A stretch of 47,302 bases of DNA, taken from contig CAZDNW010000044.1 in the NCBI GenBank assembly GCA_964506905.1, positions 1-47,302 on the forward strand, given 5' to 3'. The DNA is from an uncultured Candidatus Saccharibacteria bacterium (GTDB taxonomy: Bacteria; Patescibacteriota; WWE3; 2-01-FULL-39-13). Of this stretch, positions 25,648 through 35,383 are shown in pieces (position 1 is the first letter of the stretch; each line of letters starts with the position of its first letter). The notes beneath the pieces were generated by a model. It saw only the letters and a program-made list of their open reading frames with translations. It ran no database searches and was not told where the DNA came from. The position numbers and the translations under genes are program-made.

Positions 25648-26005
25648 GGCTTTCTTGGTTAAAGTCAATGTTGTGAAAGTAATCTAGTAGAAACAATCTA
25701 CCAACGAAAGTGTGCGAAAGCCTTGCGACCACCAGGGCGAAGGCTTTCTTGGTTAAAGCCAATGTTGTGAAAATAATCTAGTAGAAACAATCTACCAACG
25801 AAAGTGTGCGAAAGCCTTACGACCACCAGGGCGAAGGCTTTCTTGGTTAAAGTCAATGTTGTGAAAATAATCTAGTAGAAACAATCTACCAACGGAAATG
25901 TGCGAAAGCCTTGCGATGCGAAGCAACGAAGGCTTTCTTGGTTAAAGTCAATGTTGTGAAAATAATCTAGTAGAAAACAATCTACCAACGAAAGTGTGCG
26001 AAAGC
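25648..26005 (-). repeat. Tandem array, 3.8 copies of a 94/95-bp unit that reiterates the 3' end of rpsG plus downstream hairpins
   Basis: Units start at 25648, 25742, 25836 and 25931. The last unit merges into genuine rpsG coding sequence at 26005. Copies A and B differ at 3 of 94 positions. The only strongly variable segment is a 15-16-nt hairpin loop. Confidence 0.95.
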
Positions 26006-26449
26006 TTTATTCGCCTCCGCCATCTTATGTGTATTTATCTTCTTTGTGATAGCTGCTCCTTCGTTATTATACGCCATCTTGATTTCTTCTGTTAATTTTT
26101 CTACCATTGGTTTGCCCTTTCGTGACTTAGCAGCTTCAATTATCCATCTTAATGCTAATGTTTCTGATCTGTCATGCCTTACAGGAATTGGGATTTGATA
26201 ATTTGCACCACCGATTCTTCTGCTTCTTACTTCAACCTCAGGCATAACATTTTTTACCGCGGTTTCAAAATATATTCTTGCCTCTTTTATGTCCGGATCT
26301 AAATTTTCCATCATTCCATAAACAATGTCTCTTGCGATGCTTTTTTTACCATCAACCATTACCATATTTATTAATTTAGTAACAACTCTTGATTTATATT
26401 TTGAATCTGGTTCTTTTAATCTTTTATGTACTTTTCTTGATCTTGGCAT
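25982..26449 (-). CDS. rpsG: 30S ribosomal protein S7 (uS7)
   Basis: MPRSRKVHKR, KLINMVMVDGKKSIA, EVRSRRIGGANYQIPIPV, and C-terminal KMAEANKAFAHFRW. Confidence 0.96.
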   Translation of the reverse strand: MPRSRKVHKRLKEPDSKYKSRVVTKLINMVMVDGKKSIARDIVYGMMENLDPDIKEARIYFETAVKNVMPEVEVRSRRIGGANYQIPIPVRHDRSETLALRWIIEAAKSRKGKPMVEKLTEEIKMAYNNEGAAITKKINTHKMAEANKAFAHFRW

Positions 26450-26473
26450 AATAATTTATAATAACTAACTAAA

Positions 26474-26911
26474 TTAAGCTTCTTCAGCTACTCCTGCATT
26501 ATTTGAACTCTTTTTAGTACCATATCTTGATCTGCTATTTTTTCTACCTTCTACACCTTGCAAATCAAATGTTCCTCTAACAATTGTATACCTTACACCA
26601 GGTAAATCTTTAACTCTACCACCTCTTACCAAAACAACAGAGTGTTCTTGTAGATTATGACCTTCTCCTGGTATGTATGCGGTTACTTCTCTACCGTTTG
26701 ACAATCTAACTCTAGCAACTTTTCTTAAAGCTGAGTTTGGCTTTCTTGGTGTAGTTGTTCTAACACTTGTACATACGCCTCTCTTAAAAGGTGAATATAC
26801 TTTTACATACTCTCTTTTTTTAGCGTTGTACATTACAGACAATGCTCTTGTTTTTGGTTTTCTTGTTTTTCTTTTTCTTCCTTTTCTTATTAATTGATTT
26901 ATTGTTGGCAT
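26474..26911 (-). CDS. rpsL: 30S ribosomal protein S12 (uS12) with short C-terminal extension
   Basis: [69 protein letters not shown]. Confidence 0.96.
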   Translation of the reverse strand: MPTINQLIRKGRKRKTRKPKTRALSVMYNAKKREYVKVYSPFKRGVCTSVRTTTPRKPNSALRKVARVRLSNGREVTAYIPGEGHNLQEHSVVLVRGGRVKDLPGVRYTIVRGTFDLQGVEGRKNSRSRYGTKKSSNNAGVAEEA

Positions 26912-26913
26912 TT

Positions 26914-29900
26914 TTATACCTCCTCTTTTTTAAGTCGAGCGGCTTCACCTACTGGAATTCGTCGACCGATTATCACATTTTCTTTTAAACCTATAAGTTT
27001 GTCAATACTTCCTGCTATGGATCTTTCTGTAAGTACCCTGCTTGTTTCTTCGAAAGACGCGGCATCAAGCCAACTTTCTGAGTTTATGGATACCTTAGAA
27101 ATTCCTAATAATAACTTCTCATAAGTTGCTTCTTGCCCACCTTTTTTAACTGCTTTTTCATTTTCTTCCCTTAATTTATAAATTGTGACTATATCACCTG
27201 GCAATAATTTAGTATCACCAGTGTCTATTATTTTAACACGATTAAACATTTGTCTAATAATAGCTTCTACATGTTTATCATCGATTTCAACACCTTGAGA
27301 AGCATAGGTTTTTTGAACTTCATTTAAGATGTACTCTTTAGTTCCTTCTTCACCAACGGTTTCATACATCTCTTGAAGATTTCTTGCACCTTGTGTAATT
27401 TGATCACCAGGCGCTACCAAATCACCATCGTTTACTGCTAAATCTGCAGTTTTATCTAATTCATATACCTCTTCTAAATCCTCCTTTTTGGTTGGGACAA
27501 TTTTAACAATTAATTTATCTTCTTCTTCGTTTATTACAACCTTACCTGCTATATGTGTCATTATTGATTGATTCTTTGGTTTTCTAGCTTCAAAAAGTTC
27601 GTCAATTCTTGGCAAACCTTGTGTAATGTCTGATTGTGCAATACCACCACTATGGAATGTTCTCATTGTTAACTGAGTACCTGGTTCACCAATTGATTGT
27701 GCAGCCATAATTCCCACTGCAGCACCAATTGCAACATCTTTTTTGTAAGATAAATCTAATCCATAACATTTCGTACATACACCATATTCACTTTCACAAG
27801 TTAAAACAGATCTTATTTTAACCTCTTCCACATCAGACTCGCCTATCTTTTTAGCAATATCTTCTGTAATCAATTCGTTTCGCTTTACTATCACATTGCC
27901 TTTTTTATCTTTAATTGTTTCTGCAGCATATCTACCTACAACCCTATCATTCCATTCAACTAATGTTGTATTGTCATCTCTTTTAACGGTTCTGTAATTC
28001 TTTGTCCCACAATCTTCTTCTCTAACCAATATATCTTGAGCAACATTAACAAGCCTTCTTGTTAAATAACCGGCATCTGCTGTACCAAGTCCCTTATCCA
28101 TATAATTCTTTCTGACACCTCTTGCTGATAAGAAATAATCAAAACTTGAAAGTCCGTTTGCATAATTTCCAATAACAGGAAGTTCGATTACTTTACCTTT
28201 TGGATCCGCAATTAGACCTTTCAGTGCTGCAATCTGTCTTATTTGAACAGCCGACGCTTTACCTGCTTTAGCTCTAATAATTATATTAACTGGATTCTCA
28301 TGTTCCAAATTAGAAAGTATAGTTTCGTCAAAATGGTTTTCAACTTGTTTCCATACTTTAAATGACAACTTAATCATTTCATTTCTTGTAATAAGCCCCA
28401 TGTAATAATTTTGCTCAATCTTACTAACTTCCTCTTTTGCTTTCTTTAACACTTCATCCATATCAGCTGGTTTTTTAGTATCAAATATTGATAAAGAAAC
28501 ACCTGACTTTGTGGAATATATAAATCCATATTTCTTTAAATCATCAATGAAATCGATTGTTCTTTCTACTCCAACCTTTTCTAAAGCTTCTTTTACTAAT
28601 TTTTTAACACCAGATTTACCACCTATTTCCTCATTAACAAAACCGAGCTCATCTGGAACAAAACTATTAAATATAATTCTTCCTGCAGATGTTTCTATTA
28701 TTTCATCACCTTTTAGGTATCTTATTTTTTGCCTAATTTCAATCACATCATTTCCTAGTGCTTGAAATACTTCTGATTCATCAGCAAATACGCTTTTATG
28801 CATTTCAAAGTTGGGATTAATACTTGTTAAATAGTAAATACCCAAAAGCATTTCTTTTGATGGTACTGTTATAACTTCACCATTTGCTGGTTTTAGTAAG
28901 TTGTTTGTGGAAAGCATAAGTTCAATACTTTCCATTACCGCTTCTTCGGATAATGGCAAATGTACAGCCATCTGGTCTCCATCAAAATCAGCATTAAATC
29001 CTGCACATACAACTGGATGCAACTGTATTGCTTTGTCATGAACTAATTTCGGATAAAACGCTTGAATACTAAGTTTATGTAAAGTTGGAGCACGATTAAG
29101 AAGTACAGGTCTTGTTTTAACAAGTTCTTCTAGTATATCGTAAATCGCTCCAGATCTTTCTTCTAATACCCTCTTTGCTGTCTTCATATTAGGTGCTAAA
29201 CCTCTAGCCATTATTTCTCTTAGTAAAAATGGCCTAAACAATTCAAATGCAATATCAACTGGTAATCCACATTCATGCATTCTTAAAGAAGGACCAGAAA
29301 CAATAACTGAACGACCTGAATAATCAACTCTTTTACCTAATAAATTAGCTCTAAAATAACCTTGCTTACCTTTAATTGTATCTGCTATAGATCTGTAGGT
29401 TTTTCTTTCTCTCGTTCTTGATTTTCTTACCTTTGAAGAATCTATTAGCGCATCAACTGATTCTTGTAACATTCTTTTTTCATTTCTGATAATTATGTCT
29501 GGCGCACCTAAATCTAGTAATCTTTTTAAACGGTTATTTCTGTTTATGATTCTTCTATACAAATCGTTTAAATCTGAAGCCGCAAATCTTCCGCCCTCTA
29601 ATTGAACCATTGGTCTAAGATCAGGTGGAATTACAGGTAAAACTTCTATAATCATATTCTTTGGATCAACCTCACCGTTAATAAAACTTTTGATAACCCT
29701 TAATCTTTTCTTTAACTTATCAACTTGAGAAGATTTTGCGGTTTCTATTTGTTCTTCAACCTCTTTTTCCAAAGCTTTAACATCTAAATCAGCTAATATT
29801 TTTTCTATGGCTTCTGCACCTATTGAGACTTCACAAAATTCATCTAAGTATTCTTCTAATGAAACATATTCTCTGTCTGTCATTATGGTATGTAATTCAA

Positions 29901-30624
29901 CTTCTTTTAATTTCTTCTCTATTTTTCTTATCTCTAATTCTGCTTTTTCTTGTTCTATCAATTGTTTGTTTCTAAGATCGCCAATTTGTTCTTCAGCAAG
30001 CTTTCTTATCTCTTCTGCTTTTTTCTTTAACTTGTCATCCCATTTATCTTCTGGGTCTTTTGATAATGCTTTAATTTTTGCTTCAGTGTTTTCATAAATT
30101 TCGCTGATTTGGTTTTCAATTTCTAAACCTGCGGTTTCTCGTGCTTCATTTGCTAGTTCATCAAACTGCTCCAATACTTTCTCTTTAGCATCATAGTCTA
30201 TATCGGTAACTATAAATGAAGAAAAATAAATCACTAATTCTAAACTTCTAGGTGGAATTCCCAATAAAGTTGCTAAAACTGACGGTATATTTTTGAAATA
30301 CCAAACATGTGCAACCGGAGAAACAAGCTTAATATGCCCCATTCTTTCTCTTCTTACTTTAGAAGATGTAACTTGCACACCACATCTGTCACAAACAACA
30401 CCCTTAAATCTAACTCTCTTGTATTTACCACAAGCACATTCATAATCTTTTACAGGTCCGAATATTCTTTCACAAAATAAACCATCTCTTTCTGGCTTGA
30501 AAGTTCTATAGTTGATTGTTTCTGGTTTAGTAACTTCTCCATAAGACCAAGACAATATCTCATCGGGTGAAGCTAACGAAATTTTTAATGCGTCTAGGTC
30601 GCGTAAGTTATTTAAATTTTCCAT
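26914..30624 (-). CDS. rpoC: DNA-directed RNA polymerase subunit beta-prime
   Basis: 1236 aa. Zinc ribbon CACGKY..CDRCGV, catalytic [12 protein letters not shown], and a trigger-loop region ..[16 protein letters not shown].. A charged coiled-coil insertion lies at about residues 150-330. Confidence 0.97.
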   Translation of the reverse strand: MENLNNLRDLDALKISLASPDEILSWSYGEVTKPETINYRTFKPERDGLFCERIFGPVKDYECACGKYKRVRFKGVVCDRCGVQVTSSKVRRERMGHIKLVSPVAHVWYFKNIPSVLATLLGIPPRSLELVIYFSSFIVTDIDYDAKEKVLEQFDELANEARETAGLEIENQISEIYENTEAKIKALSKDPEDKWDDKLKKKAEEIRKLAEEQIGDLRNKQLIEQEKAELEIRKIEKKLKEVELHTIMTDREYVSLEEYLDEFCEVSIGAEAIEKILADLDVKALEKEVEEQIETAKSSQVDKLKKRLRVIKSFINGEVDPKNMIIEVLPVIPPDLRPMVQLEGGRFAASDLNDLYRRIINRNNRLKRLLDLGAPDIIIRNEKRMLQESVDALIDSSKVRKSRTRERKTYRSIADTIKGKQGYFRANLLGKRVDYSGRSVIVSGPSLRMHECGLPVDIAFELFRPFLLREIMARGLAPNMKTAKRVLEERSGAIYDILEELVKTRPVLLNRAPTLHKLSIQAFYPKLVHDKAIQLHPVVCAGFNADFDGDQMAVHLPLSEEAVMESIELMLSTNNLLKPANGEVITVPSKEMLLGIYYLTSINPNFEMHKSVFADESEVFQALGNDVIEIRQKIRYLKGDEIIETSAGRIIFNSFVPDELGFVNEEIGGKSGVKKLVKEALEKVGVERTIDFIDDLKKYGFIYSTKSGVSLSIFDTKKPADMDEVLKKAKEEVSKIEQNYYMGLITRNEMIKLSFKVWKQVENHFDETILSNLEHENPVNIIIRAKAGKASAVQIRQIAALKGLIADPKGKVIELPVIGNYANGLSSFDYFLSARGVRKNYMDKGLGTADAGYLTRRLVNVAQDILVREEDCGTKNYRTVKRDDNTTLVEWNDRVVGRYAAETIKDKKGNVIVKRNELITEDIAKKIGESDVEEVKIRSVLTCESEYGVCTKCYGLDLSYKKDVAIGAAVGIMAAQSIGEPGTQLTMRTFHSGGIAQSDITQGLPRIDELFEARKPKNQSIMTHIAGKVVINEEEDKLIVKIVPTKKEDLEEVYELDKTADLAVNDGDLVAPGDQITQGARNLQEMYETVGEEGTKEYILNEVQKTYASQGVEIDDKHVEAIIRQMFNRVKIIDTGDTKLLPGDIVTIYKLREENEKAVKKGGQEATYEKLLLGISKVSINSESWLDAASFEETSRVLTERSIAGSIDKLIGLKENVIIGRRIPVGEAARLKKEEV

Positions 30625-30625
30625 T

Positions 30626-33600
30626 TTAATCCTCCTCCTTACTAACTAAGGAACTTTCAACGAGTTTCTTTTTATTCTCGTCATAAATGATAGGCGTTAT
30701 AGATAAACACAAACCATTTAATTGTCTTACTAATAACTTAAATGATTCTGGTATATGTGGCTCTGGTATTTTAAGCCCTTTAATGATTGATTGAAATGCT
30801 GAATATCTACCTTTTATATCATCAGATTTAATTGTTAACATTTCATTTAATACACTGTCAGCCCCATATGCTTCTAATGCCCAAACTTCCATTTCTCCAA
30901 ACCTTTGACCTCCCATTTGAGCCTTACCTCCTAACGGTTGTTGTGTAATCAATGAATAAGGACCTGTCGATCTAGCATGGATTTTTTCTTCAGCCATATG
31001 ATGTAACTTAAATACATAGATATTACCTACAGCTACCTTTTGTTCTAACCTTTCGCCAGTTCGTCCATCGTAAAGGTAAACCTTTCCGTCTTCTGGCAAA
31101 CCTGCATCTTTAAGTTCTTTTGCTATTTCTCTTCTAGTAACTTTTCTAAAAGGTAATATTGCATATTTTTTACCAGTTAAACTTCCAACCCATCCTAAAT
31201 GTGTTTCAAGTATATTACCCATATTCATACGTCCTAAAACGGATGATGGGGAAATCATAACATCAACTGGCGTACCATCTGCCATATGTGGCATATCTTC
31301 AACTGGTGCAATTTTAGCAATGACACCTTTTTGGCCATGCCTACCAGATAACTTATCACCTACAGATATTCTTCTAAATTCCGCTACCTTAACAGTAACT
31401 TCTTTTATAACACCTTTTGCCATTTGCTCTTTATCTTTTGGTGTTAAAACTTGTACATCTATAACAACACCAGACCTGCCGTGTGGCAATCTTAATGAAT
31501 TATCTTTCACATCTTTGACTCGCTCCCCAAATACAGCTCTTAATAATCTTTCCTCTGCAGAAAGTTCTGACTGGCCTTTTGGTGCAATTTTACCCACTAA
31601 TATATCACCTGATTTTACATGCGAACCAATTGTAACAATACCGTTTTCGTCTAAATTTCTTAAGGCTTCTTCTGAAACATTAGGAATATCAGCTGTTAAT
31701 TCTTCAGGGCCAAGTTTTGTTTCTAAAACTTTAATGCTGTAATCAGAAATATTAACAGAAGATAATAAATCATCTCTTAAAACTCTATCTGAAATTATAA
31801 ACGCATCTTCGTAATTAAACCCTTCGTAACTCATAAATGCCACTCTTAAATTTACTCCAAGTGCAAGTTCTCCATTATTACTTGAAGGACCTTCTGCTAA
31901 CAAATCTCCCTTTTTAACTTTATCGCCTTTTTTAACCTTTGCTATTTGTGTATAACATGAATCACTATTAGATTGCATAAAGTTTACCAATTGGAATTCA
32001 TGTGTTTCTTTTTTACCTTTTAATACAATTTTACTTGCATCAGCATATTCAATAACACCATCTTCAGGTGCTCTAACTGTTAAACCAGCATTATCTGCAA
32101 TAAATTCTTCCATACCTGTTCCAACAATCGGTTCTTGTGGTTTAACTAATGGAACAGCCTGAGATGATTGCTGAGCAGTAATTAAAGCTCTTGCAACATC
32201 ATCATTTGCAATAAAAGGAATTAATGAAGTAGAAACACCTAATATTTGTTGTGGTGAAATTTCAATATAGTCTGCATCTTTAGTAAAACCTAGAAAGAAT
32301 TCAATACCTCTTCTCATAGGAGCTCTTTCTGAAAGAATGAATCCTTTATCGTCAACTTCTACATCGCCACCAATAATATTATATTTTTCTTCATCGTAAG
32401 CAGCTAAATATTCTACTTTATCAGTAATTCTTATTTTTCCATCTTTTGTATGCTCTATCTTTGCGTATGGTGTTTCAAGAAAACCATATTCATTAAGCCT
32501 TGCATATAAAGCTAAATATGTAACTAAACCAATGTTTGTACCTTCTGGGCTTCTTATAGCATCAATTTTACCGTAGTGTGTTGGATGTGCATCTCTAACA
32601 GCATAACTTGCTCTTTCTCTTGTTAAACCACCCTTACCTAAAACACTAAGTCTTCGCTTGTGGTCAAGTGAATCTAGTGGATTGAACTGCCCTAATAACT
32701 GAGATAACTGACCAGATGCTAAAAATGATACTAATCTAGAAGATACAGGCCTTGGTGAAGTTAATAACGATGGATCTGGTAAAGTTTCTCTTGGTTGAAG
32801 TGCCATTTTTTCTCTAGCTAATCTTTCAAGTTGATAAAAACCATATCTCATTTCTGACTGTAATAATTCACCAACAGCTCTAACCCTTCTATTTTTTAAA
32901 CTATCAATATCATCAATTTCATATCCTTCATCACCTTGCCACAAGTGGATGATATATCTTACAATTTCAACTACATCTTTTTGTTGCAAGATAAAATATT
33001 CTTCTGTTTCTGGAAAATCTAAACCTAGTTTTTGATTTATTTTAAACCTTCCGACTTTACCTAAACTATATCTTTTAACATTAAAAAACATATTATCAAC
33101 AAGAGCTTTAGCTGCATCAACAACTAATGGCTCTCCTGGTCTCATCTTTTTGTAAATTTCTAACGCAGCCTCTTCGTAATTAGTAGACACATCTCTTTCT
33201 ATTGTATTTAAGATTATATTATCTGTAGGATCTTTTATATCTTCTGCAAATGTTTCTAGTATTTTTTCGTCTGTATCTAATCCAAATATTCTTAATAATG
33301 TTGTAACAGGAATCTTTCTCTTTCTGTCAATTTTAACTGTTAATACACCGTACCTATTTGTTTCAAAATCTATCCAAGCACCCGAGAACGGAAGTATTTT
33401 AGCGTTTGGCAACATTCTGCTACTCGTGTTGTCAGCGTCATAACCAAAAAATACTCCTTGGGCTCTTGATAACTGGTTAATAACAACTTTTTGAACACCA
33501 TTTATAATAAAAATTCCCTCGTCAGTCATTAGAGGGAAATCACCCATGTAAATTTCTTTTTCTTTCTTTTGATTTGTACCTTGTTTTTTTATTGTCGCTG

Positions 33601-33862
33601 TAATATACCAAGGTGCATCATATGTAACACCCATCTTAATAGCTTCTGATGGTGTTCTTGATGGTTTATCAATTCTAGGGTTTGAATATGTTAGTACCCA
33701 ATTTCTTCCTGTATTATCATAAATATCTCCTATCCCTTTTAGTGTTTCTTCTATACCTTGTTCAACCAACCACTTAAAAGAATCAAGCTGTATTTGAATT
33801 GGATTTACAGGTGGGAAGTCAACGTTGTGTTTAGAGAATGCAATTCTCATTAATATTAACAA
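30626..33862 (-). CDS. rpoB: DNA-directed RNA polymerase subunit beta
   Basis: 1078 aa; GRFKINQKL, SQLSQLLGQFNPL (Rif region), NMGNILETHLGW, and GGKAQMGGQRFGEMEVWALEAYGA. The start could be M5. Confidence 0.97.
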   Translation of the reverse strand: MLILMRIAFSKHNVDFPPVNPIQIQLDSFKWLVEQGIEETLKGIGDIYDNTGRNWVLTYSNPRIDKPSRTPSEAIKMGVTYDAPWYITATIKKQGTNQKKEKEIYMGDFPLMTDEGIFIINGVQKVVINQLSRAQGVFFGYDADNTSSRMLPNAKILPFSGAWIDFETNRYGVLTVKIDRKRKIPVTTLLRIFGLDTDEKILETFAEDIKDPTDNIILNTIERDVSTNYEEAALEIYKKMRPGEPLVVDAAKALVDNMFFNVKRYSLGKVGRFKINQKLGLDFPETEEYFILQQKDVVEIVRYIIHLWQGDEGYEIDDIDSLKNRRVRAVGELLQSEMRYGFYQLERLAREKMALQPRETLPDPSLLTSPRPVSSRLVSFLASGQLSQLLGQFNPLDSLDHKRRLSVLGKGGLTRERASYAVRDAHPTHYGKIDAIRSPEGTNIGLVTYLALYARLNEYGFLETPYAKIEHTKDGKIRITDKVEYLAAYDEEKYNIIGGDVEVDDKGFILSERAPMRRGIEFFLGFTKDADYIEISPQQILGVSTSLIPFIANDDVARALITAQQSSQAVPLVKPQEPIVGTGMEEFIADNAGLTVRAPEDGVIEYADASKIVLKGKKETHEFQLVNFMQSNSDSCYTQIAKVKKGDKVKKGDLLAEGPSSNNGELALGVNLRVAFMSYEGFNYEDAFIISDRVLRDDLLSSVNISDYSIKVLETKLGPEELTADIPNVSEEALRNLDENGIVTIGSHVKSGDILVGKIAPKGQSELSAEERLLRAVFGERVKDVKDNSLRLPHGRSGVVIDVQVLTPKDKEQMAKGVIKEVTVKVAEFRRISVGDKLSGRHGQKGVIAKIAPVEDMPHMADGTPVDVMISPSSVLGRMNMGNILETHLGWVGSLTGKKYAILPFRKVTRREIAKELKDAGLPEDGKVYLYDGRTGERLEQKVAVGNIYVFKLHHMAEEKIHARSTGPYSLITQQPLGGKAQMGGQRFGEMEVWALEAYGADSVLNEMLTIKSDDIKGRYSAFQSIIKGLKIPEPHIPESFKLLVRQLNGLCLSITPIIYDENKKKLVESSLVSKEED

Positions 33863-33972
33863 CTGGCACTAATAATCGAGCTTTGACTATTTAGCTACTA
33901 CATACAAAGAAAGACGATCATAAAAGACCGCCAACATAATGTATGTTATTAATGCCGCTGCGCGCGAATGTA

Positions 33973-34002
33973 AATATAACAAATAAAACTGCTAGTTGTC
34001 AA
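33973..34002 (-). promoter_or_regulatory. Candidate sigma70-type promoter for rpoBC: TTGACA-18 nt-TATATT
   Basis: The reverse complement of 33997-34002 is TTGACA. The reverse complement of 33973-33978 is TATATT. It lies about 105 nt upstream of the rpoB start, immediately downstream of a terminator. Confidence 0.45.
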
Positions 34003-34018
34003 CATAGAAAATTGGGCA

Positions 34019-34052
34019 AATCAAAAACCAACCGATTTCTTCGGACTTGGTT
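34019..34052 (-). terminator. Intrinsic terminator downstream of mraY
   Basis: The minus strand reads AACCAA-GT-CCGA-AGAAA-TCGG-TTGGTT followed by TTTGATTT. That is a 10-bp stem with a 2-nt bulge, a 5-nt loop and a U-tract. Confidence 0.55.
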
Positions 34053-34089
34053 ATACGCGATATCAACCTAATCGTAGATTCATATCGCT

Positions 34090-34141
34090 AGTTTTAGTGG
34101 CCTTTTTAATAAAATCTAATTATATAAATTCCACTAAAACT
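34090..34141. repeat. 11-bp inverted repeat AGTTTTAGTGG / CCACTAAAACT with 30-nt AT-rich spacer
   Basis: Read directly: arms at 34090-34100 and 34131-34141, about 60 nt downstream of the mraY stop. Confidence 0.5.
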
Positions 34142-34197
34142 TATTAAATTTAAATTACATATATCTAAACAAAGTTGTTGGTATTATACACACTTTC

Positions 34198-35295
34198 TTA
34201 AATTAGTGCAACAACAACTCCTATCAACCCTGAAATTATTGTAAAAAGCCAAAATCTTTCTACTACTTTATTTTCGGACCATCCGAGTTTTTCAAAATGA
34301 TGATGTATTGGTGCTACTAAAAAAATTCGTTTTTTTCTTAATTTCACAGACCATTGTTGTCCGACACTTGATAATATTTCAATTATAAACAAGGAACCGA
34401 TTAAAAGTAACGAAACTTCTCTATATATCAAAATAGATACAATTACAAAAAACATACCTATTGGCAAAGTTCCCACATCTGACATTTCCATTCGTGCAGG
34501 TTTAATATTAAAGTATAAAAACGCAAGTTCTGCACCAACAATGATAAATGATAAGGTTGCCACTTCTTTATACCCTAAGTATGCGGCAATTAATCCAAAC
34601 ATTGTAAATGATACACTATGAGTTCCAGCAGATAACCCATCTAAACCATCTGTAATTCCAAAAGCAGTTGCAAAACCTATCAAAAGGAAAATTACTATTG
34701 CATAATAAAACCAACCAAAATCAATTACTCCTAAATATGGAATGTAAAATGCTGGTTGATGGTTATTAACAATTAGAAAGTAAACTACGACGAATGTTAT
34801 AAGCAAATACATTAAAAATTTATAGTGACTTTTTAAACCTCGTTGTTCACTACCCATAACTCTTAATGCTTCTTCAAACCATTTCCAAGGAATTAAAACA
34901 ACTTTTTTGACATTTGCCCATATACCATGAGCTTTTATTAAACTTTCGCTTGGATTAGGGCGGCTTTTTCTTATTGCTAAAATAGTTCTACCAAGTGTAT
35001 TTGTATATTCATCTATTCCTCCTAATATTGCCCCAAAAATTCCTACTGCCAATATCATATATAAATATTCCCAATCAGGCATAAATAAAACTGATAAGAC
35101 CACAACCGAAGCAATTATTACAGCACCTCCCATTATTGGCGTACCCATTTTTATTTTTTTCCCTGGCATAACTCTATCCAAATCTGTTTTTGAAATTCTA
35201 CGAATATTAAATTTATAAAGAAGTTTAATATATGGAACACTTATTAATAGTGTTAGAAAAAATGATGCAAGAATCGTAAGTATGTAATTTAACAT
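34198..35295 (-). CDS. mraY: Phospho-N-acetylmuramoyl-pentapeptide transferase
   Basis: 365 aa, polytopic; KMGTPIMGG, ITDGLDGLSAG, MSDVGTLPIG, and APIHHHFEKLGW. Confidence 0.93.
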   Translation of the reverse strand: MLNYILTILASFFLTLLISVPYIKLLYKFNIRRISKTDLDRVMPGKKIKMGTPIMGGAVIIASVVVLSVLFMPDWEYLYMILAVGIFGAILGGIDEYTNTLGRTILAIRKSRPNPSESLIKAHGIWANVKKVVLIPWKWFEEALRVMGSEQRGLKSHYKFLMYLLITFVVVYFLIVNNHQPAFYIPYLGVIDFGWFYYAIVIFLLIGFATAFGITDGLDGLSAGTHSVSFTMFGLIAAYLGYKEVATLSFIIVGAELAFLYFNIKPARMEMSDVGTLPIGMFFVIVSILIYREVSLLLIGSLFIIEILSSVGQQWSVKLRKKRIFLVAPIHHHFEKLGWSENKVVERFWLFTIISGLIGVVVALI

Positions 35296-35383
35296 ATTTT
35301 ACTTTTGGCAAGTAGGTTTAAAGCGTTTTAAAATTATTTAACAAAAATAACGCTGTTTACTTTTATTAATTATATCACTATTT

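Noticed and set aside
21931-25981. Active mobile element or defence island in the rpsG-fusA insert
   Set aside because: No integrase, transposase, terminal inverted repeats, restriction, toxin or other recognisable defence genes are present. radC and yhaM-like genes are also ordinary chromosomal genes. Only the weaker ancient-insertion hypothesis is kept as a finding.
25648-26005. Could the regularly spaced repeats be a CRISPR array?
   Set aside because: The conserved part is about 78 nt and the variable part only 15-16 nt, the inverse of CRISPR geometry. The conserved part includes the coding 3' end of rpsG. No cas genes are in the window.
26741-26752. 12-nt identity (GGCTTTCTTGGT) between rpsL coding sequence and the start of each tandem-repeat unit
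   Set aside because: A single short match with no extension on either side is compatible with chance, given the roughly 80 possible 12-mers in the unit.
34091-34100. GTTTTAGTGG resembles the 5' end of some CRISPR repeats
   Set aside because: It occurs once with its inverted complement 30 nt away, not as direct repeats with spacers, so it is simply a hairpin or inverted repeat.
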